From a virus (taxonomy: Duplodnaviria > Caudoviricetes), in IMG/VR virus record IMGVR_UViG_2716884207_000004, positions 1,808 through 65,807 of that record: DNA of 64,000 nucleotides. One strand, given 5' to 3'. The notes under the pieces were generated by a model. That model saw nothing but the letters and a program-made list of their open reading frames with translations, was not told the DNA's origin and did not search any database. This document shows, one piece after another, positions 1 through 8,790 of the stretch. Within the stretch, counting starts at the first letter, position 1. Each line of letters starts with the position of its first letter. A program made the position numbers and the translations under genes.

Positions 1-1140
1 GATAAACACGTCCTTTTCCGTTAAGGTTTCCGGCTCGGCTGCCGGTGGCGTTACGTCTTTGATCGGTGATTTCATTACGCAATATGGATTAAGCAGCGCC
101 TTCGCTTCGTTCATTTCGAGATACGGCGCCTGTAGTTCGTAGGTTTTGTCGGCCGCCATTATGAACCGCCCGCTTACGTCCAGCTTCTCGGCGCCCGGCG
201 TATTGACGATTCGGGCCTCCGTTATATCACGCAGCTTAAAGCCCATGCTTACTGTTAGATTCGCGCGGATAGTCGTATCAAGCGTTTTGGCATTCGGCCG
301 CTGCATCGAAAGAATCGCAAATACTCCAAGCGTCCGGCCTATCGCAACGAGCTCAGCTAATACGTCCATGATCTCGGCGTCTTTTCTTAATAGAAGAAAC
401 TCGTCAATGCAAACGACTATATACGGTCGGCGTTGGTCATCCGGGAGCTCATCGATATGGCTTATTTCGAATTGCTCCGTTAGATTACTGCGCTCATCTA
501 GTTCGCGTTTTATGCTTCGTAACATTCTTCGTATGTCTTCCGCGCTCGTTAAAACGCACTGTACGTGTTCTACTTTCCGGAATACGTGGAACTCCGATTT
601 TTTACAGTCCGCCAGGTATAACTGTAGCCGGTCGGGCCGGTTCTGTTTTATCAGCGTTGTAAGGATCGACCGTAGTTGCGTTGACTTTCCGCTTCCCGTT
701 TCGCCCGCAATAAGAATATGCGGCTGCGTCAATAAATCGAAGCTAACGTATCGGCCATGACGATCTTTTCCCGCTATAATACCGAGCTTGTGGCGTTCTA
801 TGACCGGCTGGATCTCCGCAAAGTCATAACGCAATACGGCCGGCATCTCAGCGCTGTAAACCGTGAGCACATACCGCTTTAGGTCGCCGCTTAGCTCAAC
901 GTTACGTCCGAATACTTGTCGGAACACAAATTCCTTTTTCGCGATTTCTTTCGGATCCATTCCGTTTAAAAGCGTAAAGACATATCGCGTTCTTTCTTCG
1001 TTAATATCAACGTCATGAATTTTCGGATATCGGCGCGCTTCTTTTCCGTTAGACAAGCGTTTGGCTACGTACAAGCTGGCGGCATCAAAGGCGTACTTCA
1101 GCGTGTTTTTGGCGTGTAAGTTACGTAAGAACCGTTTCAT
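1..1140 (-). CDS. FtsK/SpoIIIE-family ATPase (3' end runs off the window; missing from ORF track)
   Basis: Manual translation from ATG 1140: MKRFLRNLHAK...PHILIAGETGSGKST (Walker A)...YIVVCIDEF (Walker B)...GRTLGVFAILSMQRP; ATGA overlap with upstream gene. Confidence 0.9.
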   Translation of the reverse strand, partial: MKRFLRNLHAKNTLKYAFDAASLYVAKRLSNGKEARRYPKIHDVDINEERTRYVFTLLNGMDPKEIAKKEFVFRQVFGRNVELSGDLKRYVLTVYSAEMPAVLRYDFAEIQPVIERHKLGIIAGKDRHGRYVSFDLLTQPHILIAGETGSGKSTQLRSILTTLIKQNRPDRLQLYLADCKKSEFHVFRKVEHVQCVLTSAEDIRRMLRSIKRELDERSNLTEQFEISHIDELPDDQRRPYIVVCIDEFLLLRKDAEIMDVLAELVAIGRTLGVFAILSMQRPNAKTLDTTIRANLTVSMGFKLRDITEARIVNTPGAEKLDVSGRFIMAADKTYELQAPYLEMNEAKALLNPYCVMKSPIKDVTPPAAEPETLTEKDVFI

Positions 1141-1424
1141 ATCGCATTCAAAAAACGCAGTAGCAACACGGCATACCCCGCAGGCAAAATGAACCGTAGG
1201 AGCCCGCTTACTGCGTCCCCTATATACGCAAATTTGCCGCCGAACAAGCGTCCTTCTAGCCAAGCCGCTCCGATACAGACCAAGCCTGCGCCACCTACTA
1301 ACGCGTACAAGCCGACTACCTCCGGAGACATATCGAAAAATCCTGCTGCTGTGAATCCGCCGGGCACGAACGAAAATGCTCGCGTGAGTCCCTCCCTGTC
1401 GTTCCTTCGTCTCGCTTCGCTCAT
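1137..1424 (-). CDS. Small membrane protein coupled to the FtsK gene
   Basis: Hydrophobic segments; SD AAGGAG before ATG 1424; stop overlaps FtsK start. Confidence 0.7.
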   Translation of the reverse strand: MSEARRRNDREGLTRAFSFVPGGFTAAGFFDMSPEVVGLYALVGGAGLVCIGAAWLEGRLFGGKFAYIGDAVSGLLRFILPAGYAVLLLRFLNAI

Positions 1425-1704
1425 CTCTCTCACTCCTTAACAAATTTCGTAAACGGATTCGTTACTGGCATTAAACGCGATAAAGTGCGGTAGGTTAACA
1501 CGGTAATAACCGTTACGGAAGTCGTCGCTAAGTGCGGTAACCTTTTTGCAACTCTACCGAACCTACCCGCACCCTACCGTTTAGCTGCCGTGTAGTTGCC
1601 GTTTAATAAACGTTACGCGATACGGATCGTCCAATATCACAGTTTTTTGCCCGCGTTTAACTTTCCGATTTTTTGGACACGCTGATTTTAGGAGGTGTTG
1701 TCCG

Positions 1705-1929
1705 ATGTTTGGACTAGGTAAACGACGCAGCCGATTCGGCCGTTTTTTAGATCGAGAAGGAATCGCGCAGGAAGAAGTTCGCCAAAAGGCCGGCATAGGT
1801 CACGGCACAATGACGAACATGTGTAATGATCGCGATTATGCGCCGCGTATTTCAACGTGGGTAAAAGTACAGCGTGCTTTAAGGTCGCTGGGTTACGAAG
1901 TCGATCGAGAGGATTATTTTGACTGTTGA
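1705..1929 (+). CDS. XRE-family HTH regulator
   Basis: HTH-like IAQEEVRQKAGIGHGTMTNMCN; SD AGGAGG. Confidence 0.8.
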   Translation: MFGLGKRRSRFGRFLDREGIAQEEVRQKAGIGHGTMTNMCNDRDYAPRISTWVKVQRALRSLGYEVDREDYFDC

Positions 1930-1955
1930 TAACCGAACAAACATTCGCATATAAT
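1926..1955 (+). promoter_or_regulatory. SigA promoter with overlapping LexA (SOS)-like box for yolD
   Basis: TTGATA-N18-TATAAT; CGAACAAACATTCG at 1934-1947 (one mismatch to GAAC-N4-GTTC). Confidence 0.65.
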
Positions 1956-1974
1956 AAATGCGGAGGTGTTCGCC

Positions 1975-2310
1975 ATGGAGATCGAGGATAAACGGTGGGC
2001 GATGCGCATTATATTACCGGAGCACAGAGCCGACCTAGCGCGCCAAGCCGAAGAGAAACGGAAGGTTGAGAAGCCGCAGATAGATGCGCAGCAGATTGAG
2101 GATATGGAAATAACGGTCGCTGAGTCGATGGAGTTCGGTGCGCCGCTTGCATTCGAGCTTTACGACGATGGGTACATACGAGAAGTAATTGGCGCAGTAC
2201 ATTACGTGGACCACATACGGAAGGAATTTCGTGTGAAGGACGAACGAGGCGATACTAATTTCGTGAGGTTTGCGGATATCATAAACGTAAAAAACGCCCC
2301 ATCCGGTTAA
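1975..2310 (+). CDS. YolD-like protein
   Basis: KRW-MRIILPEH...KPQID motif typical of YolD family; SD GGAGG. Confidence 0.85.
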   Translation: MEIEDKRWAMRIILPEHRADLARQAEEKRKVEKPQIDAQQIEDMEITVAESMEFGAPLAFELYDDGYIREVIGAVHYVDHIRKEFRVKDERGDTNFVRFADIINVKNAPSG

Positions 2311-2318
2311 GGACGGGG
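2291..2318. terminator. Probable bidirectional terminator between convergent genes
   Basis: GCCCC..TCC/GGA..GGGGC hairpin flanked by A and T runs. Confidence 0.55.
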
Positions 2319-2327
2319 CTGGTTTCG

Positions 2328-2633
2328 TTAGCCGACGTTTTTTACCCAGTCGACCGCTATATTCTGTTTGCAGCGTCGGCAGCTATCGTTAATCTTTCCG
2401 CTCGTTACGAAGTTTTTATCGTGGCCGCAATTCGGGCAAGAATACCGTGCGCCTCCTAACGTGATTGCGAAAAACGGAAGACTGAAGAAGGCGAGTCCTA
2501 AGCCCGGGAGGATACCGATAATTGTGAGACATAAGAGTACCGAAATCAACATTATAAACGATCCAACGCACAAACTGATAATCCTACCAAAGCCGAACTT
2601 TTTCTTCGCCACAGTCACCGTTTTATATTCCAC
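2328..2633 (-). CDS. Membrane hairpin plus zinc-ribbon protein with own promoter (moron)
   Basis: Long hydrophobic stretch then CPNC...CRRC; TTGCGG-N18-TATAAT at 2697-2668. Confidence 0.75.
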   Translation of the reverse strand: MEYKTVTVAKKKFGFGRIISLCVGSFIMLISVLLCLTIIGILPGLGLAFFSLPFFAITLGGARYSCPNCGHDKNFVTSGKINDSCRRCKQNIAVDWVKNVG

Positions 2634-2760
2634 GTTAATTCACCCGTCCTTTAAATGAGTTAGTAAAATTATACTACGGCGCCAAACTTATCCGCAATGA
2701 GTTTTTATGTACGCGAGCACCTACGTTATCATACGTAAGCACTCGCTAAAGGTTTCGTTA

Positions 2761-3018
2761 TTATTTCGTTGTACCTTCGCGTTTTGCTCCGAGTTCAAAA
2801 AGACCTGTCGCAGCTAATCCCGCAAAACCGCCAGCCCATAACCGCAACACCAAGTCGAGGTCGGTAAACGGATAGGCAACCGCGCCCAGACCGATGCCGA
2901 TTACGAAACTTAACGCCGGGATTACATTAGTCGGAAGCTTAACCGTTTTCTTTACGAGTTGAACAAGCGCCGTTAGGATTGGCGCCAGTACAGTCGCGAA
3001 AATTAATACGTCTTGCAT
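2761..3018 (-). CDS. Holin
   Basis: 85 aa with several TM segments, GLAATGLFE motif, adjacent to endolysin. Confidence 0.85.
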   Translation of the reverse strand: MQDVLIFATVLAPILTALVQLVKKTVKLPTNVIPALSFVIGIGLGAVAYPFTDLDLVLRLWAGGFAGLAATGLFELGAKREGTTK

Positions 3019-3038
3019 AGTATCGTCTCCTTTATCGT

Positions 3039-3977
3039 TTACTTTACCGTAGCACCCGTTGATTTCGCAGCATAGATGTTTACCTTTCCGAACTGATCCG
3101 TCTTGATCGTATATACATCAGTTTGTGGGTTCGCAAGGACTTCGTACTTCAGACCGCCGAACTTCTTAGGACGCAATGAGCCGCATTCGTTCCCTTTAAC
3201 CGGCGCTTTATTGGTCGGATAGATGCGCCATGAATCGGCAGAAGCCGGAAGATATACGTATTTCTTACCGCTGGATGACCGCTTAGAAGAGCCGCCTTTA
3301 AGCTTCAGCACCTGACCGACGGAGATTTTATTCGCGTTTTTGATGCCGTTATACGATTGAAGCTTCTCCATACTTACGCCTGTTTTTTGCGCGATTTCGG
3401 ACAGTGTGTCGCCTTTCTTAACGGTATATGTCGAGCCGGAAGTCTTAGGCGCTGAAGATGACGGTTTAGACGTTTTACCGCCGAGCGCTTTAAGTTCCGC
3501 CGCGATGGCCGCTTTTACCGATTCCCAACGTCCTTCAGCAAGGACACGGTGCGGACAATACTTACCGGACCAATCCTGATGCTTACGGACGCGATCAACG
3601 CCCCAGCCGCGCTCTTTTAGTAATTGCGCGATAAATTTAATCGCAAGCTTTTCGGCCGCTTTATACTTGGCACCGCCGGACTTCGAATAGCAAACCTCTA
3701 CGCCGATGGACGTACGGTTTCCGGAATTTACACCGCTACCGTCTCCGCAATGGAATGCGTTACGGTTCGTCGGAATCCCTTGTACGACTTCCTTATCGTC
3801 CACCGCGAAATGAAAGCTTGTTGCACTTGTGTTTCCGATCATATACGAAACCTCATTCGCTGCCGGTGCGTCATTCCACGTATTATGGAACGTAATGTAC
3901 TTCGCGTTCATGGAATACGGACATTTTAATTCGACCTTACTTTCCGCCACCAAATTCTTACGTACTGAAATCGCCAT
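3039..3977 (-). CDS. Endolysin, N-acetylmuramoyl-L-alanine amidase with LysM (XlyA/XlyB-like)
   Basis: ITFHNT, SFHFAVDD, SIGVEVC, KHQDWSGKYCP; LysM YTVKKGDTLSEIA. Confidence 0.95.
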   Translation of the reverse strand: MAISVRKNLVAESKVELKCPYSMNAKYITFHNTWNDAPAANEVSYMIGNTSATSFHFAVDDKEVVQGIPTNRNAFHCGDGSGVNSGNRTSIGVEVCYSKSGGAKYKAAEKLAIKFIAQLLKERGWGVDRVRKHQDWSGKYCPHRVLAEGRWESVKAAIAAELKALGGKTSKPSSSAPKTSGSTYTVKKGDTLSEIAQKTGVSMEKLQSYNGIKNANKISVGQVLKLKGGSSKRSSSGKKYVYLPASADSWRIYPTNKAPVKGNECGSLRPKKFGGLKYEVLANPQTDVYTIKTDQFGKVNIYAAKSTGATVK

Positions 3978-3999
3978 TTTATCGTCTCCTTTCGAAATT

Positions 4000-4032
4000 A
4001 AAAAAGCCCGCCGGGACTCTCACCTGACGGGC
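4000..4032 (-). terminator. Intrinsic terminator between xhlA-like gene and endolysin
   Basis: GCCCGTCAGG...CCGGCGGGC followed by T6 on minus strand. Confidence 0.65.
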
Positions 4033-4045
4033 GTACTTCGTTTAT

Positions 4046-4312
4046 TTACGTAAAAAGCGCGATACCTACCGTAAGTAACATCCCTACTACGGTCAGCATC
4101 ACGCCCCATACCCATTTCGTATTTGCTTTCATATCCGCTATATCTGCGCGATTCTCTTTCGCCATCGCTAAAGCTTCGTCAGATTTTTCGTCAGCCCGCT
4201 CAGCTTTCGTTTTGACTTCGTTAAAGAAATCGACTTTCGTATCTATGCGTACAAGCCATTCGCGAATGTCCGCAATCCTATCGTTGAGCTCGTTGTTACT
4301 CGGCTCCGGCAT
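4046..4312 (-). CDS. XhlA-family lysis accessory protein
   Basis: Coiled coil, then NTKW and C-terminal TM helix; upstream of endolysin. Confidence 0.8.
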   Translation of the reverse strand: MPEPSNNELNDRIADIREWLVRIDTKVDFFNEVKTKAERADEKSDEALAMAKENRADIADMKANTKWVWGVMLTVVGMLLTVGIALFT

Positions 4313-4334
4313 CGGGCCGCCTCCTTTTCGTTAT

Positions 4335-4553
4335 TTACTCAGCCCCAGCAGATCCGTCAGTAGCCTCAGAAGGCTCTTCGCTGGGAGGCGTGTTGGGATC
4401 ATACGGTTCTCCGGTAATTTCTTCGTATTGTTCCGGTGTGATGCGACCGACCGCAACAACATCATAAACTTGTTTTTTCGTCCAACGACCTGTTTCATAA
4501 AACCCCTTGATGTACGTGAACCAATCTATCACATTACGCCCCTCCCATCGCAA
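4335..4553 (-). CDS. XkdX-family protein (true start probably GTG near 4532)
   Basis: W..IK.FY...W...V..G.IT.EQYEEITGEPY motif. Confidence 0.85.
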   Translation of the reverse strand: MRWEGRNVIDWFTYIKGFYETGRWTKKQVYDVVAVGRITPEQYEEITGEPYDPNTPPSEEPSEATDGSAGAE

Positions 4554-4839
4554 TTAGATAGTATAGATCTGCGACCTGTTGAGACAGGACTTCTATTTCG
4601 CTCGGCTTCGGCGCAGGCGGTTTCACACTGTCGATATATTCTTGCGTTGCCGACTCAATCCAAACGCCTTTTTTCGGATCATACTTCGGATCGTAAAGCC
4701 CAGCGGGAATTAAAGCTGTTGTACAATTAGGCGGCAGTTCCTCGCCTTCCTCCGTATTTATTTCGATATCGGCTTCACCGTCATATTTGAAATTATCATC
4801 ATAGAAAAGGACGTGCATATTCATCGCCTCCATTACCAT
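4534..4839 (-). CDS. Tail fibre/chaperone-associated small protein
   Basis: LPPNCT...LYDPKYD...W.ESATQEYID; lies between BppU-like and XkdX genes. Confidence 0.65.
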   Translation of the reverse strand: MVMEAMNMHVLFYDDNFKYDGEADIEINTEEGEELPPNCTTALIPAGLYDPKYDPKKGVWIESATQEYIDSVKPPAPKPSEIEVLSQQVADLYYLIAMGGA

Positions 4840-6200
4840 AGTGGAATTCCGATGTTAAATGAGACTCGCGACACGCTTGAGTTATCGTTTGCCGTCATAC
4901 CATCGTATCTTAAATCGCCATCAGTCGTTAGGGAGAATCGAGCAGTTCCGTAAGATCCGATCGTCGGTACAACAAAGTCGACCAACTGCGTCGGTTTATT
5001 CGTGAATTTCGCGACAGATGTTCCGACAGCAGGAAGTGTTCCAAATGACCCCCGTAACCATAGAACGTTATTGCTGACGGAGAATTTGAACGGATAAACC
5101 GAATCCTGTTTCGCTCCGTTTATAAGGGTTACGTTATTCCATATCGGCGATAAGTCAGACGAAGTTAAAACGCGACGCCACCCTTGCCATCCTGTGTCCA
5201 TATTTAAATAATTCGTAAACATGTTATTTTGCCAATCAACCGCTATAACGTAGCCAAACGTACCTAACCCATTACTATCGGTTGCAGTCATATGAAAAAA
5301 TCCTCGTGTAGAGTTGGCAGAAGGTGCGTTTGTTGCCTTACCTGTGGAATAAAAAGTGCCGAACCGTCTCCCGCTCTGAGTAATCTTCGTATAAAAATCG
5401 TCAGTGTCACCCGCCGAGACAAGAACGTTTCCGACATCATTCGTTATTTTAAGTAACTGACTACCGTTCCACTTTGTTCGCTCATCAGCCGTAATATGCC
5501 GCACGTTATCTCCAACATGAGTATCAAAATCCGTCTTTGCCGCCTGTTTTACGTTATCAACGTTACCTAGGCCGACTTGCGCTTTCGTAACCTTATGCGG
5601 ATTGTCCGTTTTAACTGCGTGCAGGTCCGTATAAGCTTTCGCGTTGGCTTCCGCGGTGGACGCCTTCTCTTGGGCACCGGTCTTTGTTTCGATGTTCTCG
5701 AATTCATCAAACTTCGTTTTTATTTCGTTGAGAGTCTGGTTGATCTCATCCGTAGTTTTGTGGATGTCCGTCTTCAGGTCTTCGAAATCTTCAATATAGT
5801 ATTCCGCAAGTGGAGCGATATTGGCATCGATGAGAGCCTTATCGATCTCGAACGAAAATTTATGAACGCTTAGACTCTGTCCGTTGTCATAATTAACGTA
5901 AAGCTCTGCCGTTACCGTTCCGGCGTGCTTAATTTGATCGTCGGTAAGGACGTAAAAAAGAACGCCCTCAAAAGCGTCCTCGACTTCCGTATTAACGTAA
6001 AACTCGCTGCCGTCCGCCATCCGCATGAATAGCTTACCGTGTGTTGCGTTTGAGATCGGCAAAGGTTCGCCGTCCTTCTTCAGCTTAAACGTTATTTTTG
6101 CCGTCCCGATATCCTGTGTGCTGTATTGAATACCAGTAGTTATTTTCCGTTTGGTTGAGGCGGTAATTTCAAACGACTGTTCCGCATCGTTATAAATCAT
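4833..6200 (-). CDS. BppU-family baseplate upper/receptor-binding protein
   Basis: N-terminal STQDIGTAKITF...G.V.AELY BppU signature; NPHKVTKAQVGLGNVDN fibre motif. Confidence 0.85.
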   Translation of the reverse strand: MIYNDAEQSFEITASTKRKITTGIQYSTQDIGTAKITFKLKKDGEPLPISNATHGKLFMRMADGSEFYVNTEVEDAFEGVLFYVLTDDQIKHAGTVTAELYVNYDNGQSLSVHKFSFEIDKALIDANIAPLAEYYIEDFEDLKTDIHKTTDEINQTLNEIKTKFDEFENIETKTGAQEKASTAEANAKAYTDLHAVKTDNPHKVTKAQVGLGNVDNVKQAAKTDFDTHVGDNVRHITADERTKWNGSQLLKITNDVGNVLVSAGDTDDFYTKITQSGRRFGTFYSTGKATNAPSANSTRGFFHMTATDSNGLGTFGYVIAVDWQNNMFTNYLNMDTGWQGWRRVLTSSDLSPIWNNVTLINGAKQDSVYPFKFSVSNNVLWLRGSFGTLPAVGTSVAKFTNKPTQLVDFVVPTIGSYGTARFSLTTDGDLRYDGMTANDNSSVSRVSFNIGIPLW

Positions 6201-6211
6201 TATCGAACCTC

Positions 6212-8776
6212 CTAGTGCTGCGGCGTAACGATCATTTGCGCTACGCCATAGCCTTTTTCTGCGTCATAAGGCGTTTTTATTTTCATGACCGTTCCATATC
6301 CGTTTGATTCCGCTTTAGTTGCGATTCCATCGATAGCAGTCACGCTATCGCCTACCGAAACCGTAGAGTCGATACGAACGAGTACCTGACCGATTAGTCC
6401 GATCACGTGCCATTCGTCTCTTTCTTCGCGAGGCGTATACTCAACCGTCGGATCGTAGTCCGGATTTTCTGCCGGCACCGTAACGAGACGTTCATCTTCG
6501 TAAATTTCACGATAAATAAGCTCGCCAAATTCATCTCGCAAATAACGGTCGTTCCAATAAAACGCAGCCCCACCGAGAACAAGCCCGGCCGTTTTTGATA
6601 CGACGCCGAGAATTTTATCGCCCGTATTAGCTTTACGAATCTTATCGCCTTCCAACGTTACGAGATACGAAGCATCGATTTTTTGTCCGTCGTTTGATTC
6701 GAAATATTCTCCGAAGTCTTGTAGATTCGAAGCACTTTCGATTGCGCCCGTAGCTCGAACTCTTCCGCCCATCGCGTCAAGCTCGATTTTCTTGTTCGCC
6801 TCCGACGGATCTCCGTCTCCGTGACCTAAACCGACAGTGTATTCTTTCGTGTTTACTACGTTTTTAGACGCGATCACTGCCGAAGAACCGCTCTCGCCTT
6901 TCGTATGTGAATTCCACGAATACAAAACGCCGTTCCGTGAGCCTTCCGTTGTTGCGCCGCCTGCGACACCCGCGATAAAGTTCCGTTCACCTTTTGCGAT
7001 GATCGTCCCTGATCCGGCGATGATAGCGCTTGTGTCCGTTAGAGGAGAACCGGAGGAAGCCGCCGCTCTAAATCCGCCTTTCAGGTTGTTCGGAACCACC
7101 TTGTACTTTTGTCCGGCTAATACTGCTGCGTCTGTATAACCCACCGCACGAACCGCAATAATAGTGGCTTGGTTGTTCGGAGAAGTGATCCCGGCTGTTC
7201 CGCCTCTAGTATGAACAATACCGTTACTCAACGTAACGTAATAGACGCCGCCTCCGATTCCAATACCTATAGGCGCAGAATCATGAATCGTAAAGTTCGA
7301 AATGTATATATCGTCTGTTCGCTGATCCCCGCCGTAAATATGAACGTCTGACCCTGCTGTCGCGAATCCGTACATCTGCAAGCCGTTGACATTTATCTTC
7401 CGGCTCTTATACTGAAACGCGATTATATCCGTACCTTTATAATCATATGTCGGATCGCCAATTGCCCGGAAATTTGAAATCATAACGCGTTGGTAGGCTG
7501 AGATTACAAGGGCTTTCGGCGCTAGACCGGCATACAAATTGTTGTAAATCGGTTCGCGCGCTGTGCAATCAACTAGAGTAACGTCTCTCGCCGTCTCACT
7601 CCACGGTTCTGCCGCTAAGTGGTGGCCGATGTGCCGCAAGTCGAACGCCCGAATGTCGTGGTAAGATTCGTGTCCGCGAATATGGACGTTTTGAGAAGCC
7701 GGCCAAGCTGCGTGTGCTTTCACCTCGACGCCCCTTACGTTTCCTTCGGTATAACAATCGACAACCCATACGTTTTTAGATCCGTCATCTATTTCGATGC
7801 CGTTAGAGTTTGATTTCCCTGTCGCGTGCGCCTTACCGCTAGGATTCGTCATAATACAATTCGAAATAAAAATGTACTCGCTATAATGCGTAGAGATCCC
7901 GTCATCTCCGTATCCAGAGCCAACGCAACGATCGAACCAAATGTATCGGCAGCCTTGTTGCGTATAATCCGTTGCGCTGATATCGTAAGTTGGCGCTGAA
8001 GCATCGAAACTATGAAGCCCCGGATTAATACTTTCCACTTCGCGCACGATGCCGAACTTAACCTGTGCGAGTGTTAAACCGCTCGAGTGTAAGCCACCCG
8101 TTGCCCCGACGCCACCTTGACGATTCGGGTTCCAGTCCAACGTCATGCCTTCAACGGTAATATTTCGGTTGCCGCCGGCATGGTCCGCGTTAGTGACCAC
8201 CCATTCGCTAGCCGGCGTGTCTTCGTGGAGCTTCAACGTTGTAACTCCGATTCCTTGGCCGACCATATAAGTCCACGACGGCAATTTAACGCCCTTTACG
8301 ATATACGTGCCCGCAGATAAATTAACACGGACTTTACCAGTACCGATCGCCCTCTGAAACGCTTCTGTACTATCGTTAACGCCAGTCGGATCTGCTCCGA
8401 AGTCATCAACGTTAACCGTCCGTTTGATTTTCTGCAGAAGCTTAAGGTACTCCCGGTCAAGTCGTTCTTTTAATAACGGAAATACTTCACCGTCAGTTCC
8501 TACGCGCGAATCTACGACTTCTTTTACGTTAGTTCCATCCGCGTTAAGAATCAAATTTTTCATGCGGTTATAAAGACTATCTACGTATGTGCGCAAAGAA
8601 AAACCGCCATGGTCGATTTGATCCGACGTGTGGGCGGTTTCTGCGTTCTTATGTGCGGTAATCTCGTTGTATGAGCCTTTAATATCATCCGCAATATCAT
8701 CGAGGTTTTGGTTGTGGTTATTACGAAAAACACGATCCCATCCCGATCCCGCTTTTCTGTACGGATATTTCGGCAT
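6212..8776 (-). CDS. Tail spike/pre-neck appendage-like protein (beta-helix plus peptidase G2 autocleavage chaperone)
   Basis: VNVDDFGADPTGVNDST beta-helix start; DFGEYFES and PREERDEWHVIGLIGQV C-terminal motifs. Confidence 0.9.
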   Translation of the reverse strand: MPKYPYRKAGSGWDRVFRNNHNQNLDDIADDIKGSYNEITAHKNAETAHTSDQIDHGGFSLRTYVDSLYNRMKNLILNADGTNVKEVVDSRVGTDGEVFPLLKERLDREYLKLLQKIKRTVNVDDFGADPTGVNDSTEAFQRAIGTGKVRVNLSAGTYIVKGVKLPSWTYMVGQGIGVTTLKLHEDTPASEWVVTNADHAGGNRNITVEGMTLDWNPNRQGGVGATGGLHSSGLTLAQVKFGIVREVESINPGLHSFDASAPTYDISATDYTQQGCRYIWFDRCVGSGYGDDGISTHYSEYIFISNCIMTNPSGKAHATGKSNSNGIEIDDGSKNVWVVDCYTEGNVRGVEVKAHAAWPASQNVHIRGHESYHDIRAFDLRHIGHHLAAEPWSETARDVTLVDCTAREPIYNNLYAGLAPKALVISAYQRVMISNFRAIGDPTYDYKGTDIIAFQYKSRKINVNGLQMYGFATAGSDVHIYGGDQRTDDIYISNFTIHDSAPIGIGIGGGVYYVTLSNGIVHTRGGTAGITSPNNQATIIAVRAVGYTDAAVLAGQKYKVVPNNLKGGFRAAASSGSPLTDTSAIIAGSGTIIAKGERNFIAGVAGGATTEGSRNGVLYSWNSHTKGESGSSAVIASKNVVNTKEYTVGLGHGDGDPSEANKKIELDAMGGRVRATGAIESASNLQDFGEYFESNDGQKIDASYLVTLEGDKIRKANTGDKILGVVSKTAGLVLGGAAFYWNDRYLRDEFGELIYREIYEDERLVTVPAENPDYDPTVEYTPREERDEWHVIGLIGQVLVRIDSTVSVGDSVTAIDGIATKAESNGYGTVMKIKTPYDAEKGYGVAQMIVTPQH

Positions 8777-8790
8777 TCTATTCCTCCTCG

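Noticed and set aside
146-760. 204-aa plus-strand ORF
   Set aside because: Antisense shadow of the FtsK gene
1651-1680. Sixth copy of the CC-N17-CGCA motif
   Set aside because: Spacer is 19 nt and the downstream box is CGCG, not CGCA
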